Source: an uncultured virus (IMG/VR IMGVR_UViG_3300030102_003916) (taxonomy: Duplodnaviria; Heunggongvirae; Uroviricota; Caudoviricetes; Kyanoviridae). Taken from it: a stretch of DNA of 20,000 bases. Within the stretch, counting starts at the first letter, position 1; the number at the start of each line of letters is the position of its first letter. A program made the position numbers and the translations under genes. The DNA is taken from positions 55,656 through 75,655 of the IMG/VR virus record IMGVR_UViG_3300030102_003916. The stretch is one strand, 5' to 3'. Below the pieces are notes generated by a model, which saw only the letters and a program-made list of their open reading frames with translations, made no database searches and was not told the origin of the DNA. Positions 1 to 8,029 of this stretch are shown here, piece by piece.

Positions 1-205
1 GTGTTATTGTCTTCTTCTTATCAATGAGAATTCGACCAGTCAAATCGGTGAATATCGACATCGTTTTTCCATCAAAGAAAGCGGCGGCGTCCAATGAGAA
101 CTCTTTGGGCCTTTGCCACCCCTCTGGCAAATCACTAGCATCGGTGGAGGAGAAGACCCGATAGGCAATCACCCTGTTTGCTGACATCCAATCATACAAC
201 GACAT
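1..205 (-). CDS. 5' part of a gene running off the window; N-terminus resembles RNase_H_2 (DEDD-type exonuclease-like) proteins, apparently lacking the first acidic motif
   Basis: Manual translation MSLYDWMSANRVIAYRVFSSTDASDLPEGWQRPKEFSLDAAAFFDGKTMSIFTD..., open to the window edge; ATG at 205 lies 2 nt after the stop of the upstream gene (alternative ATG at 187). Pattern strand-...GW..P..F......(W/F)DG recalls viral RNase_H_2 proteins. Confidence 0.45.
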   Translation of the reverse strand, partial: MSLYDWMSANRVIAYRVFSSTDASDLPEGWQRPKEFSLDAAAFFDGKTMSIFTDLTGRILIDKKKTIT

Positions 206-207
206 AA

Positions 208-1656
208 TCACACCTCCAAAGAAACGTACACGTTTCTCCCTTCCTTAACCATGACCGACAGTTTGTTCTCGATGAGTTTGCTTAGTCTCCTTTCGGCGGT
301 CTTGACGCTTACAGCATTGAGCGCGGCATATCTAGTCTGTAACTCGGTCTTTCTCACGACCTCCTTCTTGGTGCGATCGTGGACTTGTCTCTTACATCCT
401 GCAAACGCCTGTTTCCATGCTCTGACATCAGCCTGTCTTTCCCTAGATGCCTTGTAGTCTCGCTTCTGCTCCAACCATATGATTAGATTGTGGAGATTGT
501 CATAGATTATCTCTGACGCCATGGAGATGTGTTCAGCAGTAATCACATTGGTTCCCATGGTAGCGGCAATCATGTTGCTGAATATGATAGTGTAATTCTC
601 GACGTTTGGCAAAAAGGATATTGCAGTCTCTCTCACATTGCCATCTGATACCGTCTTGACAAGATCGTAGTAGTCATCAACCGCACTTAACAGAGCGGCG
701 TGGTAGTTAGGCCCTATTGAGAATAGCATATGGCTGTGATTCACAGCAACCTCCTCTCTCTGCTCCTCGGACATTGAATCCCATTGGTCTTGGTCTATTC
801 CTGCTACGGTGAACAGCCTGTCTCTGACATCATCTCTCATGCCGATAATCCAATTGGATATTTCCTCATACGACCAGACCTGTTCGGGAACTGGAACATA
901 GACACCAGACATTCGATGCTCGCTAGTGGTCTGCCGTGTCTCCAGATTGACATCGTTCTGGTACAAGAATACTCTTTGGAAGAACCCCTTCTCAAGGACG
1001 TGGTGCATGATGTCCTTTGGTGGGAAGGTAGTAGCCCATAGGGAGATTCCAGATGGCGTGTATATCGACGCACCCTTCAAGTGATTGACAAGCACATTGG
1101 TTTCGCTACCGATGGGAGCCATGGCCTGTTGCAAGAATAGAATCTTCTGACTGAAATACGATTTGGAATCATCAAGGAGTATGCTACCCTCATCGAACAG
1201 CAGAGTCTTGTATCCATTCAGAAGACCGGGGACCACTTCAAAATCAACCCCTCCCACTCTCTTTCCATCCTCATCCACCTTTGGTGTCTCGATTACAGAA
1301 CCAATCAATTTGGAGTCTGACCCCGCACTAAACTTCTCGCTCTCTATTCCGCACAACTTCAATATCTTGGCCGTGAATTCGTATGCTATCGACTTCCCCG
1401 ATCTTGAGGCCTGTATCCAGAAGACATGAAGTCGGGAGTCGATGTAAGCACCGTGTATTGGTATCCTCACATATGGAGCGAGCATCTGTCCAAGGATGTA
1501 AAAGTAAGAGAGCATCCCTGCATAATGGTTGAAGAAAGATAGAGTGTCGAACCTCTCGACGTACTGCCTGAGTTTGTTACTGCCCTCATAGGGAGAGTTT
1601 ACCACGCTGTAATCATTCCACTCTCTTCTTGTCGAAGCCAACCCTCTCTCTATCAT
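208..1656 (-). CDS. MCM-like AAA+ ATPase/helicase with C-terminal winged helix, lacking the MCM N-terminal domain
   Basis: LHVFWIQASRSGKS (Walker A), SAGSDSKLIGSV (like MCM SSAAGLTAAV), VVPGLL..TLLFDEG (like LEAGAL..IDEF, Walker B), FFQRV (Arg finger), C-terminal SVKTAERRLSKLIE..VKEGRNVYV (wHTH). Confidence 0.75.
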   Translation of the reverse strand: MIERGLASTRREWNDYSVVNSPYEGSNKLRQYVERFDTLSFFNHYAGMLSYFYILGQMLAPYVRIPIHGAYIDSRLHVFWIQASRSGKSIAYEFTAKILKLCGIESEKFSAGSDSKLIGSVIETPKVDEDGKRVGGVDFEVVPGLLNGYKTLLFDEGSILLDDSKSYFSQKILFLQQAMAPIGSETNVLVNHLKGASIYTPSGISLWATTFPPKDIMHHVLEKGFFQRVFLYQNDVNLETRQTTSEHRMSGVYVPVPEQVWSYEEISNWIIGMRDDVRDRLFTVAGIDQDQWDSMSEEQREEVAVNHSHMLFSIGPNYHAALLSAVDDYYDLVKTVSDGNVRETAISFLPNVENYTIIFSNMIAATMGTNVITAEHISMASEIIYDNLHNLIIWLEQKRDYKASRERQADVRAWKQAFAGCKRQVHDRTKKEVVRKTELQTRYAALNAVSVKTAERRLSKLIENKLSVMVKEGRNVYVSLEV

Positions 1657-1657
1657 T

Positions 1658-2368
1658 TCAAGCCCTCTTCATCTTCACTTTCTCATCGGCAACCGGCTCC
1701 TCGCTGTTGAGACAGAGCAGGATTCGGTTCGCGCGGATTTTGCCAACACCCTCCGCCGCTTGTAATTCCTTCGGAGAACATGATGTGATTTCTGAGATTG
1801 AGCCGAAGGTAGCAAGGAGTCGCTTGGCTATTGCCTCGCTACATCCTGCGGCTCTGAGGATGTCTATCCTCCTGTCCTCTGATGCCGTCTTACGAAGCAG
1901 ACGGTACGTCGTGGGTGCGCTGAGTGAGCCATGCTTCTCAAACCGCTTACAGATGAACCGAGCGGCTGATGATCTGTCGGGCATGATTAGGATACTGGCA
2001 TCGTAGTCATTGTGGAATCTCGCTATCGACCCATAGAACGAGCCGAACACCTTGGGGTAACTCGTCTTCCGACCACCCCTCCTCGCCTTCGTTATGTATT
2101 GGTCTAACGACCCCCACACCACTAAGGCAAATTGGTTGTAGTTATCATCGAGATTCTGCAACTGCCTCTCCAAGTGACCTGAATACAGACTGCTCATGTA
2201 ATCGGATATGCTCTTTGCCTCGATGCCCACACTCGCAAATGCGTAGTCAGTAATCATGTTCTGGTTGATTACATAGGAGAGTCCCTTCTTATCGCAATAC
2301 TTCTTGACGAGATCCTCAAGGCCTGAGCGTTCACGATTGTCAATATAGAGAACCTTGGTCACGGCCAA
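1658..2368 (-). CDS. ERCC4/XPF (Hef/Mus81-type) structure-specific endonuclease with HhH2 domain
   Basis: IDNRE, TDY...IEAKSISDY.SS..SGHL..Q (ERKxxxD motif variant), C-terminal HhH motifs AGCSEAIAKRLL..FGS and LQAAEGVGKIRA. Confidence 0.92.
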   Translation of the reverse strand: MAVTKVLYIDNRERSGLEDLVKKYCDKKGLSYVINQNMITDYAFASVGIEAKSISDYMSSLYSGHLERQLQNLDDNYNQFALVVWGSLDQYITKARRGGRKTSYPKVFGSFYGSIARFHNDYDASILIMPDRSSAARFICKRFEKHGSLSAPTTYRLLRKTASEDRRIDILRAAGCSEAIAKRLLATFGSISEITSCSPKELQAAEGVGKIRANRILLCLNSEEPVADEKVKMKRA

Positions 2369-2631
2369 CCGACCCCTGCTTGTTCGGCAAGTAAGAGTCT
2401 ATTCATCAACTCAACAACCAACTGCGCCCATTCCTCACTTTGAGTGAGTGCTATGACTTTACCCTCCAATCTAACCTCAAAATCTGTGGGCCTGTCCTTA
2501 TGTACCGCTATCGACCACGGCATCGCTTCTCGTATTGCCTCTGCCTGTTCTGGATCTTCGCTGTCAAACGCGGCTAGTAGCCTTGCCGCCTTCTCTCTTC
2601 TTATCTCATCTATGTCTTTGTCTTCACTCAT
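2359..2631 (-). CDS. hypothetical protein (90 aa)
   Basis: Starts immediately after the primase stop with SD GGAG upstream; overlaps the next gene by 10 nt. Confidence 0.75.
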   Translation of the reverse strand: MSEDKDIDEIRREKAARLLAAFDSEDPEQAEAIREAMPWSIAVHKDRPTDFEVRLEGKVIALTQSEEWAQLVVELMNRLLLAEQAGVGWP

Positions 2632-3726
2632 CTATTCAACTCCCTTACCATCGAACATGGGGCATTTGCCAAGGCAAAGTCCTTCGCTATATATCCTCGC
2701 ACAGGAGGGCGTTAGGTAATGCTTGCTTGCGCCATGAACGAGCATCTGCTGAGTAATCTTTGGGCTGTAATCTGCCCACTCCAAACCTGCTATCACTTCA
2801 TGAGTCCATTGGACTACCTCTGCATTGCTAACCTTGCTCTCATGTGGTGGTCTAGCAAAGTCCCTCTTGTAGTCCATGAGGTACATCATGAGGTACGATC
2901 GTGGTTTGTGTGGTGGATTACTACCCTTGGTACAACAGGCGGCGTCAAGGCATGGGAGGATAGGAACCCCATTTAGGTTCCTTGCTGATACCCCAATTTC
3001 CGCCGCGTCGAACTTTTGAAACAATCCTGTCAGTCCTGTCATGTTTGGGTCATGACTGACAATCTCGATTTCCAAGCCATTCTTGCCGTATGCCTTCATG
3101 CCACCTGATTGCGTTTCTGCCTTGTCGCTGATTGTTGTCCAACCATCTTGCAAATCCTTGGTGGAGACTGGTATAGACCACTTCTTTCTTTTGAAATTGT
3201 ATGAATTTGGGATTCTGATATGCCTATCGGGTCTGAATGATACGACAGGATCGATTGTGACCAAATCCATGTTCTTAATCCACTTGTTGATGATGACCCT
3301 CCCAGAGAATAACAGGTTAGCCAACTCGTCCGGTGGCAACGTGTGTATCTCTGATAGCATGACCCAGATGTGGAATCCACCGCCGGAGTACCATGTCGCA
3401 TGACGTATGTCTTCCTTCTTGAGATGCTCCGTTAGTGTCAGGGTGTCACGGGTGCATCTCTCTCCCCACTCGTCCTCGGTCCCCTCCGGCAAAACCTCCT
3501 CTGCCCTGCCTTTGTCAAGGTCGATGACGAAGTGTGGCACGATTGCCGTTGAGTATTCGCATCGGTTGCCCTTGGTCTTCAAATGACGGAAACCATAGAC
3601 TGTCGTGGTCAGGTTGTCCCTCCCATTCATGCTGTCTATGTACCTCTGTAACTCGACCATGTTGCGAACGACCTTCCTCGTCCTCATGTTTACTTCGCGT
3701 GGGAAGTCCGCAAACAAGTGCGACAT
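2632..3726 (-). CDS. Archaeo-eukaryotic DNA primase, PriS catalytic domain fused to PriL C-terminal Fe-S domain
   Basis: AEP motifs FVIDLD, YSGGGFHIW, RHIRIPNSYN; PriL-CTD cysteines ILPCL...NPPH..R...TPSCARIYSEGLCLGKC. Start moved to the ATG at 3726 (MSHLFADFPRE), 2 nt after the upstream stop. Confidence 0.9.
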   Translation of the reverse strand: MSHLFADFPREVNMRTRKVVRNMVELQRYIDSMNGRDNLTTTVYGFRHLKTKGNRCEYSTAIVPHFVIDLDKGRAEEVLPEGTEDEWGERCTRDTLTLTEHLKKEDIRHATWYSGGGFHIWVMLSEIHTLPPDELANLLFSGRVIINKWIKNMDLVTIDPVVSFRPDRHIRIPNSYNFKRKKWSIPVSTKDLQDGWTTISDKAETQSGGMKAYGKNGLEIEIVSHDPNMTGLTGLFQKFDAAEIGVSARNLNGVPILPCLDAACCTKGSNPPHKPRSYLMMYLMDYKRDFARPPHESKVSNAEVVQWTHEVIAGLEWADYSPKITQQMLVHGASKHYLTPSCARIYSEGLCLGKCPMFDGKGVE

Positions 3727-3728
3727 AC

Positions 3729-4706
3729 CTAGCCCTCTTGAGGGTAGGGCCATAGAATCTTCTCATAGCGAGGACAATATCCCTTGAGATCGCACCAAGG
3801 TTCACAAATGACCTCCTGCGCTCTCCAGAAATCAATCAATGCAAAGGCCCTACCATCTAAATCGCCCTTGTATTGGTTATACGTCCGCACCAGTAATCTC
3901 AATTTATCCATCATGGAGTCCATGTCCTTCTGCCGGACATCCTCCACGCCACGCCACACCGCATCAGGCTCCTCGCCCTCCTTAGACGCATAGCCACCCG
4001 TGTGGTCCCACCCCCATCGCTCGCACTCCAGACCACCCAGAACCTCATGGTCGCATTCTTTCAAGAGCATGACATAGTATGCCATCTCCTCTCTCATGTT
4101 ACTCCACTTTGAGGGCTTGTGGTCTTTCCACATACCCGTCTTCAACTCATGAACATGAGGTATCCCCTCGGCATCAGCGAACAACCTGTCCACGATTCCT
4201 GTAAGATGAACCAACTGTCCCTCTATGGTGACTACCGCGTCCAGACTTACCTCATTGCCAATCGGAAGGAAGAAGTGAGGGTCAGCACAATTCATGAATC
4301 GCTCTGCTTCAAGTTTCATGTATTTCGTCAAGTGCTGTTCCTCATCCAATTCATAGGGACCGCGCTTCGGATCGCCCTCTCCAACGAACTCCATGAAATA
4401 CTTCTCGACGTTCTCCAACCCGTATGACTTCATGGATGCGGCGTAAGATACGCTTACGTCTTGATAGAAGCGTTCGATTGAGTCATGAACATTGGACCCG
4501 CGAATCATAGCCTCAGTCTCCTCAGACTTGATACCAAGGACTCTCTTGATGAATGACTGCTGTTGGCAGAATCCGAAATCACCCAATGATGACTTCGACA
4601 CTCTCAATATCACATTGTCATTCATGCCCGGATGCCATTGGTATGAAGAGAAGAGTCCCGGCCTTCCCGGTACGGGGTATCTCTTTGGTGGACTAAATAC
4701 CGACAC
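3729..4706 (-). CDS. Cas4/RecB-like PD-(D/E)XK exonuclease (PDDEXK_1) with predicted 4Fe-4S cluster
   Basis: SKSSL..F.FC, RGSNVH..IE, GIVDRL, ELKTG, C-terminal C..WCD....CP. Confidence 0.9.
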   Translation of the reverse strand: MSVFSPPKRYPVPGRPGLFSSYQWHPGMNDNVILRVSKSSLGDFGFCQQQSFIKRVLGIKSEETEAMIRGSNVHDSIERFYQDVSVSYAASMKSYGLENVEKYFMEFVGEGDPKRGPYELDEEQHLTKYMKLEAERFMNCADPHFFLPIGNEVSLDAVVTIEGQLVHLTGIVDRLFADAEGIPHVHELKTGMWKDHKPSKWSNMREEMAYYVMLLKECDHEVLGGLECERWGWDHTGGYASKEGEEPDAVWRGVEDVRQKDMDSMMDKLRLLVRTYNQYKGDLDGRAFALIDFWRAQEVICEPWCDLKGYCPRYEKILWPYPQEG

Positions 4707-4733
4707 TATCCATTCCCCCTATGGATAATCCCC

Positions 4734-6029
4734 CTATTCGTCAATTACATCATCAGGATGATCTAGCGACCCATCTCTGAGTCCCTTCCAACCGTACCAC
4801 TCTCCTCCTTCGGGGTCACGTCGGAAGACCTTGACCCTCCCAGAGGACTTTAGGCTCGTTCGGTTATGCGTGATGATGGCATGGGACTCTGACACTCCGG
4901 TCAATTCGCCCTTCTCGTCCCTCTCCTCAGTCACCTCAAACTTGGCGACCTGTTGTAGCCAACCTTCTGTGTCCTTGAGCCAATGCGCTGTCTCAGCACC
5001 TATGATTTCGTTGCCACCGCTATCGTATGCGGTCTTCCCGTGCGTGATGATGTAGCAATGCACACCTAGTCTGCACAGTTCCTGCAACGCAGTCAGAGCA
5101 GAATTGTATCGGCTCTTTCTGATGTTCCAATTGAATCGACCTATCTTGGTGGTAGCGTCCTTTCCTGCTACGGCTATGCCGTCTGGCCCTAACTTGAGGT
5201 CATCCACCTTCATGATAGTCTCACAGATGTGTAGCCAATGATCTGCACCATCGAACACCACGGTCTTGAGATATGGCTTCGGCATCTTCCCATGCTCGTT
5301 GTAGTATGCCAATTGACCCTTAGCCATCTCGACAGCCGCTCTGAGATAGTCCATGGTGTTCTGGAACGTGGCAGGGTAGTCGTATGGGACTCGACTGGCC
5401 GCAGTCGATGACATGACCCATGGATTGAGGACGAGGATGTTTGTGTCGCCCTCGTGGTGAGCAGACTTGGTAGTCTCTCCACCCAGATCGAAATCGTAGT
5501 GGTGCATCTCCGCACCGTTCTTCTTCTCCTCTTCCGTGAGGCTATCCAGAACCGCGCCCGTCTTACCCGACTTCGGTGGTCCCCAGATTCCCATCAGGAC
5601 GTAGTACGTCTTCTCGCTGATGAGATTCTTGGCCCTAGCCGCCTCTATCTGCTCCCATGCGGGGTTCGCTGATTTGGTCAGCCATTGTGCTGATGGTGTC
5701 TTCTTCTTCCCTATTCTTGGGTCACGCACCTCGATGCCCTTTTCCTTAGCCATTTCAATTTCCTCTTCGTATGTCTCCTTCGTCACTTTCTTCTCCTCCT
5801 TTACTGGAAACTCTGCCGGGGTTCCACCCGCCCCACTATACCCATCTCCACCTGCGGCTTCGATGTCCCTCAATTCCTGCTCCTCGATTGATAGGTTAGG
5901 ATCGTACTCTCCCTCTTGAACGAATATCTGCTTTGCTAGAGGCTCAGGCTTACCACCTTCTGCCGGAGGATTAACCTCCTTGGCCTCAGTAGTGTCCTTC
6001 TTCTCCCAATTGTCCATGAATCCGGTCAT
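4734..6029 (-). CDS. AAA_24 / Sak4-like P-loop ATPase (recombination/annealing) with long acidic N-terminal extension
   Basis: Walker A GIWGPPKSGKT, DFDLGG, Walker B TVVFDG, YIITH; position between SSB-like gene and exonuclease is typical of phage recombination modules. Confidence 0.8.
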   Translation of the reverse strand: MTGFMDNWEKKDTTEAKEVNPPAEGGKPEPLAKQIFVQEGEYDPNLSIEEQELRDIEAAGGDGYSGAGGTPAEFPVKEEKKVTKETYEEEIEMAKEKGIEVRDPRIGKKKTPSAQWLTKSANPAWEQIEAARAKNLISEKTYYVLMGIWGPPKSGKTGAVLDSLTEEEKKNGAEMHHYDFDLGGETTKSAHHEGDTNILVLNPWVMSSTAASRVPYDYPATFQNTMDYLRAAVEMAKGQLAYYNEHGKMPKPYLKTVVFDGADHWLHICETIMKVDDLKLGPDGIAVAGKDATTKIGRFNWNIRKSRYNSALTALQELCRLGVHCYIITHGKTAYDSGGNEIIGAETAHWLKDTEGWLQQVAKFEVTEERDEKGELTGVSESHAIITHNRTSLKSSGRVKVFRRDPEGGEWYGWKGLRDGSLDHPDDVIDE

Positions 6030-6310
6030 TCTAAGTCCTCCAATGGAAATCTGGTCATGACATCGCTGTTGTTGTCGTAATTGTCAAGCGTAGCCTGAGT
6101 CAGTATAGCGGCTACGACATGGAGATTGCTGTAATCCACATCTAGGTGTCCTATCCTAGAGGAACCTCCTGATTCATTGTCATCAGCGACTTGGTACTCA
6201 TCGTTACCTTCCCTAAGCCACTTAACGAAGTCAAGGAATTGTCCCTTGACAAGTCTCTGTGAGTCTTTGGTAGTCCAGTTTCTTAACTCTCCCCAACCTT
6301 TCTTACTCAT
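6026..6310 (-). CDS. hypothetical protein
   Basis: Likely start MSKKG at 6310 (SD GGAGTGA upstream, 1 nt after the previous stop); ends with ATGA overlap with the next gene. Confidence 0.75.
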   Translation of the reverse strand: MSKKGWGELRNWTTKDSQRLVKGQFLDFVKWLREGNDEYQVADDNESGGSSRIGHLDVDYSNLHVVAAILTQATLDNYDNNSDVMTRFPLEDLE

Positions 6311-6311
6311 T

Positions 6312-7616
6312 TTAATCACTCCTGAATCCATCTAGGCCGCTAAGATCGTCGTCGTCTGCATCCTGACCCCATAGTATTCTCCTTGGGACAGGCCATACAT
6401 TGAGAGCGTCTAGGTTGAGGCGTGTCTCACCCATGTCCGACTCCCATGTGCTTGAGCGCACGGTGACGAATACCTGTGTCCCTGCTGTGAAGTCTCTCCA
6501 TGTGTCATTGTCCAATCCTTGGAAGGCATGATGGTCATTGACTAGGTATCTGCTGACATTGAGCCACAGGTTGTTCTCGCCATCCCTTCTGAGAGCCGCG
6601 CTACTCAGAGTCATGGAGTGTCTGTGTCCTCCGTCGGTGTACCTGTTAGGCTCTCCATCGTGGTCTATGTAGTCCACCACGCCCCTCATGCAAAAGAGAG
6701 GACCATATGATCGGCCAGTCTTCTCTGAATAGGTGGTGTTGGCCTCGTAGTAGTCCATGACGCTTGAGAGGTCGGTGACGTATCCCATGAATTGGGACAG
6801 GTACTGATCGGGAGTGAACATAGCCTCCGCAGTCGCTCTCTGTGCATCGGGAACCCAATCTAGGCTGTAAGAGGGGTCGATGTTGTTTGCCTTGAGTATG
6901 GACTCCTCTGGGTTGAAGTATGACTCTCCCACCTCTGCCTTGAAACTGATTGGCTTGTTCATCTGCAAATGCACGTCAGCCGCATCGAAGGAGCATTCCA
7001 ATCTCATGGGGGGCAACGGCCCCTCAACTAGGAATTTGTCTGCTGTGTTACCGACGAACAGCCACTCGCGCTTAAGGGAAGATGCTCTCTTTGGTCCCTT
7101 TGGCCCTAGTAGTGCGACGTAGTATGACTTGTTCGGTACTGCTATCGCCCAAGGGGGAAGGCTACCCTCATCGCCCTGTTCGGTGTGTATTACCTGATCT
7201 GCCGCATTGGACACCTTCCATGAACCATCGGTGTAGTGAACCCTGCCAACGCCAACCGTGTTGTCGTTGTTGTATGGTCTGATACCATGACTGAGTACGT
7301 TATTCAAGTCAATCTCCGCTTGCTCTGTGGCTAAGTCTCTCTGCTTGGACATCAAGTCTCGGAGAGAAACATGGCCGACAATCATGCCGACCCAATCTTC
7401 GCCCTTGCCGGACGAGGCCCCTCTGGCCCTAATCTTGTTCACTCTGTATGACTCTAAGAAGAACTCAAGATCCTCATCGTCAAGGTTGGCTAACTTACCC
7501 TTAGCGTCTTTCCACGCATCTGGGTAGTGGCCTTCCACAAAGCCCGTGAAGTCCTTTTCGACTTCTGCTTCCGTCTTTCCTGTTCGCTGTGCTATTTCAC
7601 TAAATATATCTGACAT
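6312..7616 (-). CDS. probable RPA/SSB-like single-stranded DNA-binding protein (OB folds)
   Basis: N-terminal helical segment like archaeal RPA (EIAQRTGKTEAEVEKDF), beta-rich C-terminal OB-like region (FTAGTQVFVTV...LNLDALNVW), acidic tail DADDDDL; context upstream of the AAA_24 ATPase and exonuclease. Function is inferred. Confidence 0.6.
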   Translation of the reverse strand: MSDIFSEIAQRTGKTEAEVEKDFTGFVEGHYPDAWKDAKGKLANLDDEDLEFFLESYRVNKIRARGASSGKGEDWVGMIVGHVSLRDLMSKQRDLATEQAEIDLNNVLSHGIRPYNNDNTVGVGRVHYTDGSWKVSNAADQVIHTEQGDEGSLPPWAIAVPNKSYYVALLGPKGPKRASSLKREWLFVGNTADKFLVEGPLPPMRLECSFDAADVHLQMNKPISFKAEVGESYFNPEESILKANNIDPSYSLDWVPDAQRATAEAMFTPDQYLSQFMGYVTDLSSVMDYYEANTTYSEKTGRSYGPLFCMRGVVDYIDHDGEPNRYTDGGHRHSMTLSSAALRRDGENNLWLNVSRYLVNDHHAFQGLDNDTWRDFTAGTQVFVTVRSSTWESDMGETRLNLDALNVWPVPRRILWGQDADDDDLSGLDGFRSD

Positions 7617-7651
7617 AACTAATCCCTCAATGGGAGTCCGACGTGTGAGGA

Positions 7652-8029
7652 CTACCCTATAATCCCGCCGACGCTTTCAAGCAATTCCAATGCGTTCTCA
7701 ACGTCTGCATGAGTTTCTGGTTGAGACAGGACACCATTGTACCTTCTGACCATCTCCAGACCCTCTGTCGTGTTCGACAAGTCCTCTAGGCCGTTAATGA
7801 TGTTCAGTATCTTGGTAATCTCCTCGGTGTCCGAATACACGTTCTTGACTTCTATGCCTTTGTCGTTCAAGGCTCGTGACACTCCTGCTTTGATTACGGG
7901 TATCCTCAATTCTGGTCTGATAATGTAACCACATTTGCGCTCTGTGGTTTGAACGCACTTGATACCCCCTCTTATCGACGATGCGAGGATGATTACATCA
8001 CGATCATTCTGATTCAGTATCTTCGACAT
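7652..8029 (-). CDS. degenerate LAGLIDADG-endonuclease-like protein
   Basis: Start MSKILNQ at 8029 (SD GGAGGAG). KCGYIIRPELRI resembles K.GY.V.P.F.I, followed by ..EEITKILNII.. and a terminal ETHADVENALELL helix as in single-motif LAGLIDADG proteins; no LAGLIDADG acidic motif. Confidence 0.45.
   Translation of the reverse strand: MSKILNQNDRDVIILASSIRGGIKCVQTTERKCGYIIRPELRIPVIKAGVSRALNDKGIEVKNVYSDTEEITKILNIINGLEDLSNTTEGLEMVRRYNGVLSQPETHADVENALELLESVGGIIG
7658..7672 (-). promoter_or_regulatory. putative viral promoter: GTCGGCGGGA + TTATA
   Basis: 13 bp identical to 18320-18332; TATA-like element 42-46 nt upstream of the SSB-like gene ATG, with SD-like GAGGGA in the leader. Confidence 0.6.

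Noticed and set aside
3729..4706. Cas4-like gene as a sign of a CRISPR-Cas system
   Set aside because: No repeat-spacer array or other cas genes in the window; solo Cas4-like nucleases are common in viral replication modules.
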